From the NCBI GenBank assembly GCA_964016885.1, contig OZ024741.1:122574001-122638000 (forward strand): a stretch of 64,000 nucleotides of DNA, written 5' to 3'. Shown here piece by piece: positions 54,014 to 64,000 of the stretch (positions are counted from its first letter, which is position 1; every line of letters starts with the position of its first letter). The notes below the pieces were generated by a model. The model was not told the DNA's origin and searched no databases. It saw only the letters and a list, made by a program, of their open reading frames with translations. The translations under genes and the position numbers were made by a program. The DNA comes from Eledone cirrhosa (Eukaryota).

Positions 54014-54810
54014 AAATTAAGGTAAATTAAATGAATTTAATCTAAATCGAAATTGTGGGTGTCATGCCATAACGGTGTGCGCCATATCGCCCGGAAAATA
54101 AGCTCAAAGATTCTATCGAGTAGGTCCGAGCATTTTATAATAACTAGAAATTGATTAACATATATATAAACATGAATAATCACAGGAGATAATTTTTACA
54201 AGCGTGTAACCATACATAGCTAGGTAGGTAACAAAATAAAGTTGACTAGAACTTCAAAAATAGATACCTTTTAATAAGATTAATCTTCCCTGTATATATT
54301 CCATTAAATAAATATATTTCACCAATTAATCAGTTGGTAAATCACGGAAGTGGATATTTTTGGATTTTCAACAAGGAAGAAACATTTCCAGCAATCCATG
54401 TTTACACTACGAGTTCAAATCTGCAACTGGCTATAACCACGTGTTGTGTTTTTACACATCACAGTAGCTTCGTCTCAGTGGCGTGAATAGGTATTCAACA
54501 ACTAGAAACAGCAGTCGATTCCTTTCAACAGACTTAGCTCAATAATTAAGGAGCCGTATTTATATATCTATATCCCAAATTAAGATAAATTAAATGAATT
54601 TAATCTAAATCAAAATTATGGGTGTCATGCCATAACGGCGTGCGCCATATCGCCCGGAAAATAAGCTCAAAGATTCTATTAAAAAGTATCTATTTTTGAA
54701 GTTCTAGTCAACTTTATTTTGTTACCTACCTAGCTAAGTGTGGTTACACGCTTGTACAAATTATTTCCTGTGATTATTTATGTTTATATATATGTTAATC
54801 AATTTCTAGT

Positions 54811-54815
<5 letters not shown>
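54011..54815. repeat. Non-coding block with ~104-bp direct repeat (54013/54577) and ~140-bp inverted repeat (54137-54275 and 54677-54815), flanked by (TA)n
   Basis: Repeats are directly visible; the architecture resembles PLE pLTR rearrangements. Confidence 0.7.
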
Positions 54816-54880
<65 letters not shown>

Positions 54881-54958
54881 AGTATAACAATATATATATG
54901 TATATATATAATGAAATGACAGGAGGCTGGATTTGTGTAAATCCTTGAAAGGTTTATT

Positions 54959-55019
54959 ATACTATGATGATCATTTCAATGACCGGGTTCCGTATGAATC
55001 CGGTGATATCATCAGGTAT
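54959..55019 (-). ncRNA. Type I hammerhead ribozyme
   Basis: atac CTGATGA tatc-accgg...ccggt-catt GAA ATGAT-c-ATCAT A gtat. Confidence 0.78.
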
Positions 55020-55579
55020 TCGAAATATAATACGTGAATGTAATAGATAAAATCCATGGGGCTGAAAATCGAGGACCCGAGGGCGACCGCTATTCCGCTC
55101 CTTCAACCTCACCCGGTCGCCCTCGAGTGACGTGGCTAAAGTTCACAGTGTGCTACTACCGGTCAGATAAACGAAAACAGAAAGTGATGGGAACGTAAGT
55201 TAGCGTCAATCTCATGCCACAAGATAAAAGAAAGAAAGAAAGGAAGGAGAGAGAAGAAGGGGGAAGGAAGAAGAAGAGAAGCCAGGGTTAATGTCAGCTA
55301 TAAGAAGAAAGACAACTACTACCGGTCAGATATAGGCAAACAAAGGGGAGAAGGAAGATAAGTCTGCGGGAGGAAGACAGGAAGAGGGGAGAAGAGAAGC
55401 AAGAGAAGAGAGAAGTAGAAAAGTAAGGGTTGATGGCTACAAGAACGAAGATAGAAAGAAAGAGGAAGAAAGGTCGATATTAATGTCAGACCACAGTCAG
55501 GCCAGGAGTGGCGCAAGAAAATTTTCACAGCGACCCGCATCTTAGCAGAGATGAATATATTGGGAGTCAGTGTTACAAT

Positions 55580-56470
55580 GTTTAGACTTATAGGATGAAG
55601 TTAAAAAATTAATAATCAATATTCAATATTAAGGAGGTTAGAAAATTTAAAGTTAAACAGTTTAACATTTTCAGGTTGATATATCTAATAGTTCCGATTT
55701 GTTCTGTAATTTAAAGGTACTATGTGGCGGTTAAAACACCGGCCGCGCTCCGGGCCCCAGGGCGAATTTAGCTACGCCGAGTATTTTCATTTACCGAAAG
55801 AAGGGGAAATTTATTTTTCCAAGCACTCCAGGTAAGCCCGTGCGCCAGGGGGCTGGTTGCGCCGCCATTAAAACCCACCCAACAGTCCGACAGAAAGTTG
55901 GAACCTTAAAATATTGCTTAACTTTATAGGATGAAGTTGAAAGAATTCAGAATAACATTATAAAATTAAAGAGTAAGAAGATTGAGAATTGAACAAACAG
56001 AAAATTGAAAATTATAATGTGTGAGCGGAATATTGGAACGTTACGTTTTTGTTTAGACCTATAGGATTAAGTTAAAAAATTAATAATCAATATTCAATAT
56101 AAAAGAGATTAGAAAATTTAAAGTTCAACATTTTCAGGTTAATATATCTAATAGTTCCGATTTGATCTGTAATTTAAAGGTACTATGTGGCGGTTAAAAC
56201 AACGGCCGCGCTCCGGGCCCCAGGGCGGATTAAGCTACGCCGAGTATTTTCATTTACCGAAAGAAGGGGAAATTTATTTTTCCAAGCACTCCAGGTAAGC
56301 CACGGGGCTAGTCGCGCCGCCATTAAAACCCACCCAACAGTCCTATAGAAAGTTGGAACTTTAAAATATTGCTTAACTTTATCGGATGAAGTTGAAAGAA
56401 TTCAGAATAACATTATAAGATTAAAGAGTAAGAAGATTGAGAATTGAACAAACAGAAAATTGAAGATTAA
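55580..56470. repeat. Two ~465-bp tandem units, each with a GC-rich self-complementary core
   Basis: Cores at 55725-55867 and 56188-56322. Confidence 0.88.
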
Positions 56471-56609
56471 ACATTTAAAGAACTTCTATGAGGTTTTGGG
56501 TTGCGGGGTTTAATTAAAGAGAGTCTTTTATGAAGAAACGTTAATTGTATTATGTAGATCTGTAATTTATCCTAGTAGGATGTAGAGTACGGGATATAGT
56601 CGTGTAGTA

Positions 56610-57330
56610 TTTATTTTTGTTCTCAGGAGGAGACATTCTAGTGTCGTGTGCTAATGGGTACAAGTGAGCAAAAGTCGCAATGTGAGGAGTAGAAATACAT
56701 GGATACATAGAAGTGGAATACGTGGAAGAGCACATTGTTAAAGCAAAGGTATAAATATATAAATATATCAATATATAGGTATAAATATGTAAATAAACCA
56801 ACAAGAGTGGTGTTGGAGTAAGATGGAGAAATCAAGACATAGGAGAATTACAATATAGTTCAGGTTGCAGTATTTATGTTCCCGGGGGGAGACAATTTTG
56901 TGTCGTGTGCTAAGGGTACACGCGAGTAAAAGTCCGAATAAGGGAAGTAAAAAGTACATGTATGTATAGAGGTAGAGTACGTGGAAAAGCATTAATACAG
57001 CAAATAAATATGTAAAGATATAAATAAACAAACAAGAGTCGTTGTCTATTAAATGGAAAGTTCAAGACACAGGAGAAATACAATATAGTTCAGGTTGCAG
57101 TATTCATGTTCCCATGGGGAGATATTCCAGTGTCGCGTGCTAAGGGTACACGCGAGTAAAAGTCCGAATAAGGGAAGTAAAAAGTACATGTATGTATAGA
57201 GGTTGAATACGTGGAAAAGCATTAATACAGCAAATAAAGATGTAAAGATATAAATAAACAAACAAGAGTCGTTGTCTATTAAATGGAGAGTTCAAGACAC
57301 AGGAGAAATACAATATAGTTCAAGTTGCAG
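56610..57330. repeat. About three ~230-bp tandem units
   Basis: gtgctaa(t/g)ggtaca recurs near 56648, 56907 and 57137. Confidence 0.85.
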
Positions 57331-57388
57331 TCAGATAATGCATATAGATGTGGAAACAGTGTGTGTTCGAGTCTGGGAATTATATATA

Positions 57389-57472
<84 letters not shown>

Positions 57473-57678
57473 TTTTATAAATAGTGTTTCCATTTATTAA
57501 TATCATGGATATATATATATATATATCCATCGTATTAATAAATGGAAACACTATTTATAAAACCATATTTATTTTATTATATATATTATACTCCAGAAGA
57601 CTTGTAGAGTGATTCGAATCTGTTATAAATAAATTTGTTGAATAACCAACAAATCAAATATCTCTTTGTTTATATCTT

Positions 57679-58289
<611 letters not shown>

Positions 58290-58306
58290 GTATGTATATA
58301 TATATG

Positions 58307-58341
<35 letters not shown>

Positions 58342-58711
58342 GCAAAAGTTTTATTTAAAATTGTTGGATTACAACGAGTAAATATTTTATAACTGATATA
58401 AAGCACTCAACAAGATTTGGAGTAGATATACGATATTAAACAAATGGAAACTATATTTATAAAACCATATTCAGGGATACTGAATTTTTTGACTCATTTT
58501 CCACCTCCTCACTAATTCTCTCTCCCATATCTCTCTCTACCTCTCTCTGTTTTTCTTTACATACATTTATTCCTTTTCTCCATCTTTTTTTCTAACTGAG
58601 CTCAACACTAAATATTTACTAACATTTCACTACCAAACCAACTTTTTTAAATGGAAGTTGATCAATGTTTTATGGTACGTCAAATTTATTTACAAAACTG
58701 CTTATATATTG

Positions 58712-58777
58712 TATTTTATCTGAAGAAGGCATGCCATATTTTTGATATGGTATCCCTGAAATATGTATAATGAAATA
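58712..58777 (+). ncRNA. Type I hammerhead ribozyme (family of 11394)
   Basis: tattttat CTGAAGA agg-c-atgccatat...atatggtat-c-cct GAA ATATGTAT A atgaaata. Confidence 0.82.
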
Positions 58778-58818
58778 AATATGGTTTTATAAATATAGTT
58801 TCCATTTGTTTAATATCG

Positions 58819-64000
<5,182 letters not shown>

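Noticed and set aside
55725-55867. Twister, HDV-like or U1 snRNA assignment of the GC-rich island (ggtaagcc; cttacctgg on the minus strand)
   Set aside because: Only short motif matches and the required helices and conserved residues are missing; kept as an unclassified finding.

Overview
AT-rich, gene-free eukaryotic (metazoan) repeat territory. The SINE types and the density of (TA)n tracts suggest an octopus or other cephalopod genome; this is inference. No host gene could be supported. Mobile elements identified: two Penelope-like elements (PLEs; one DKG-type at 1-3545 and one Naiad-like RT plus GIY-YIG at 50530-53837), a full-length but frameshifted Tx1/L1-type LINE plus two fragments, a Dong/R4-type LINE with an open 966-aa RT-RLE frame, RTE LINEs (one with C-terminal C2H2 fingers), CRE-like 3' ends, a Helitron 3' half, Tc1/mariner MITEs and many tRNA-derived SINEs. 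The main signal is not in the ORF track. About 30 type I hammerhead ribozyme motifs, from roughly ten sequence families, sit in the short non-coding blocks between (TA)n tracts. The most striking is a tandem array at 59020-64000 of ~490-560-bp units. Each unit has a minimal hammerhead, conserved hairpins and an internal variable-length (TA)n tract, and a diverged 417-bp homologue at 47700-48230 shows compensatory base changes. The best reading is a non-LTR retrozyme / circular-RNA system that carries its own (UA)n microsatellite and is probably mobilised by PLEs. All structures were folded by eye; ribozyme activity and expression are untested.
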